A DNA stretch of 64,000 nucleotides, taken from Gammaproteobacteria bacterium (GTDB lineage: Bacteria > Pseudomonadota > Gammaproteobacteria > CAJXQU01). Shown piece after piece: positions 63,578 to 64,000 of the stretch. The notes below the pieces were generated by a model that saw nothing but the letters and a program-made list of their open reading frames with translations, was not told the origin of the DNA and made no database searches. The stretch's first letter is position 1. Each line of letters opens with the position of its first letter. The position numbers were made by a program, and so were the translations under genes. The stretch spans positions 2,272,001 to 2,336,000 of the forward strand of contig CBDEGZ010000003.1 of assembly GCA_965238175.1 (NCBI GenBank), written 5' to 3'.

Positions 63578-64000
63578 TCAGGTCGATTCTTTTTGGTAAT
63601 ATTGCTGAACAAGCACGCGTGGATGAGCACCAATAAAATAAAGAAAACGTAACCACCACATTAGTCCAATGGTTTTAAAAACCCCATTCCTTTCCCAACG
63701 TCTACTCGAGGTAATTGCTTTCTGTTTAAGACAAACTGGATAAGCTTTTTTTCTAAGCCGCTTACTGATCTCAATATCTTCCATAATCGGATAATCACGA
63801 AATCCTTTAATTTCTTCGAAAACATTCCGCATAACAAAAATTCCTTGATCGCCTGTTGCCACTCCAGTCAAGCCAGAACGTAAATTCATCATTGTTTCTA
63901 TCATTCGAAACACGAAGTTTTCGCCCGAAAGTTTCACATCAAACCTTCCCCAGACATGCGGTAATTCCATCGCTTGTAAAATAAGTTTATAAGCTTGCTC
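63578..64000 (-). CDS. TIGR04283 family GT2 ('transferase 2'), 5'-partial
   Basis: WGRFDV, GVATGDQGIF, PIMEDIE, TSSRRW; continues beyond the window. Confidence 0.88.
   Translation of the reverse strand, partial: EQAYKLILQAMELPHVWGRFDVKLSGENFVFRMIETMMNLRSGLTGVATGDQGIFVMRNVFEEIKGFRDYPIMEDIEISKRLRKKAYPVCLKQKAITSSRRWERNGVFKTIGLMWWLRFLYFIGAHPRVLVQQYYQKEST

Noticed and set aside
1-64000. CRISPR array, rRNA, toxin-antitoxin or defence systems
   Set aside because: No regularly spaced repeats, rRNA-like sequence or recognisable defence genes noticed by eye

Overview
AT-rich (roughly 40% GC by eye) chromosomal segment of a flagellated, probably marine gammaproteobacterium. It has a Na+-NQR operon and genes for H4MPT/methanofuran-type C1 cofactor synthesis, which suggests a methylotroph or methanotroph. 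The core content is gspD, gloB, ybeD-lipB-lipA, flgB-I, folP plus orf20/orf19/mfnB/PCD, nqrA-F+nqrM, hrpA, grxD, carA-carB-greA-rlmE-ftsH-glmM, tRNA-Pro/Arg/His, cysS, ppiA/B and lpxH. Mobile elements are an intact IS481 that splits a diguanylate cyclase, an IS110-family (IS1111 group) element and an IS982 remnant. The IS1111 element sits in the terminal repeat of a ~210-bp MITE-like repeat, and its 3' non-coding end carries readable bridge/seekRNA-like guides matching both target and donor junction. Several decayed pseudogenes not resolved by the ORF track are present (DUF2721, DASS symporter, SelW/Rdx). The best candidates for new biology are: (i) a His-rich leader peptide with a RAPP arrest motif but no CxxC, upstream of a ZnuD-like TonB receptor (possible translational metal sensor); (ii) the MITE-targeting IS1111 guide RNA; (iii) an apparent ACG start codon for rlmE. 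No CRISPR array or rRNA was seen. All family calls come from motif recognition, not database searches.
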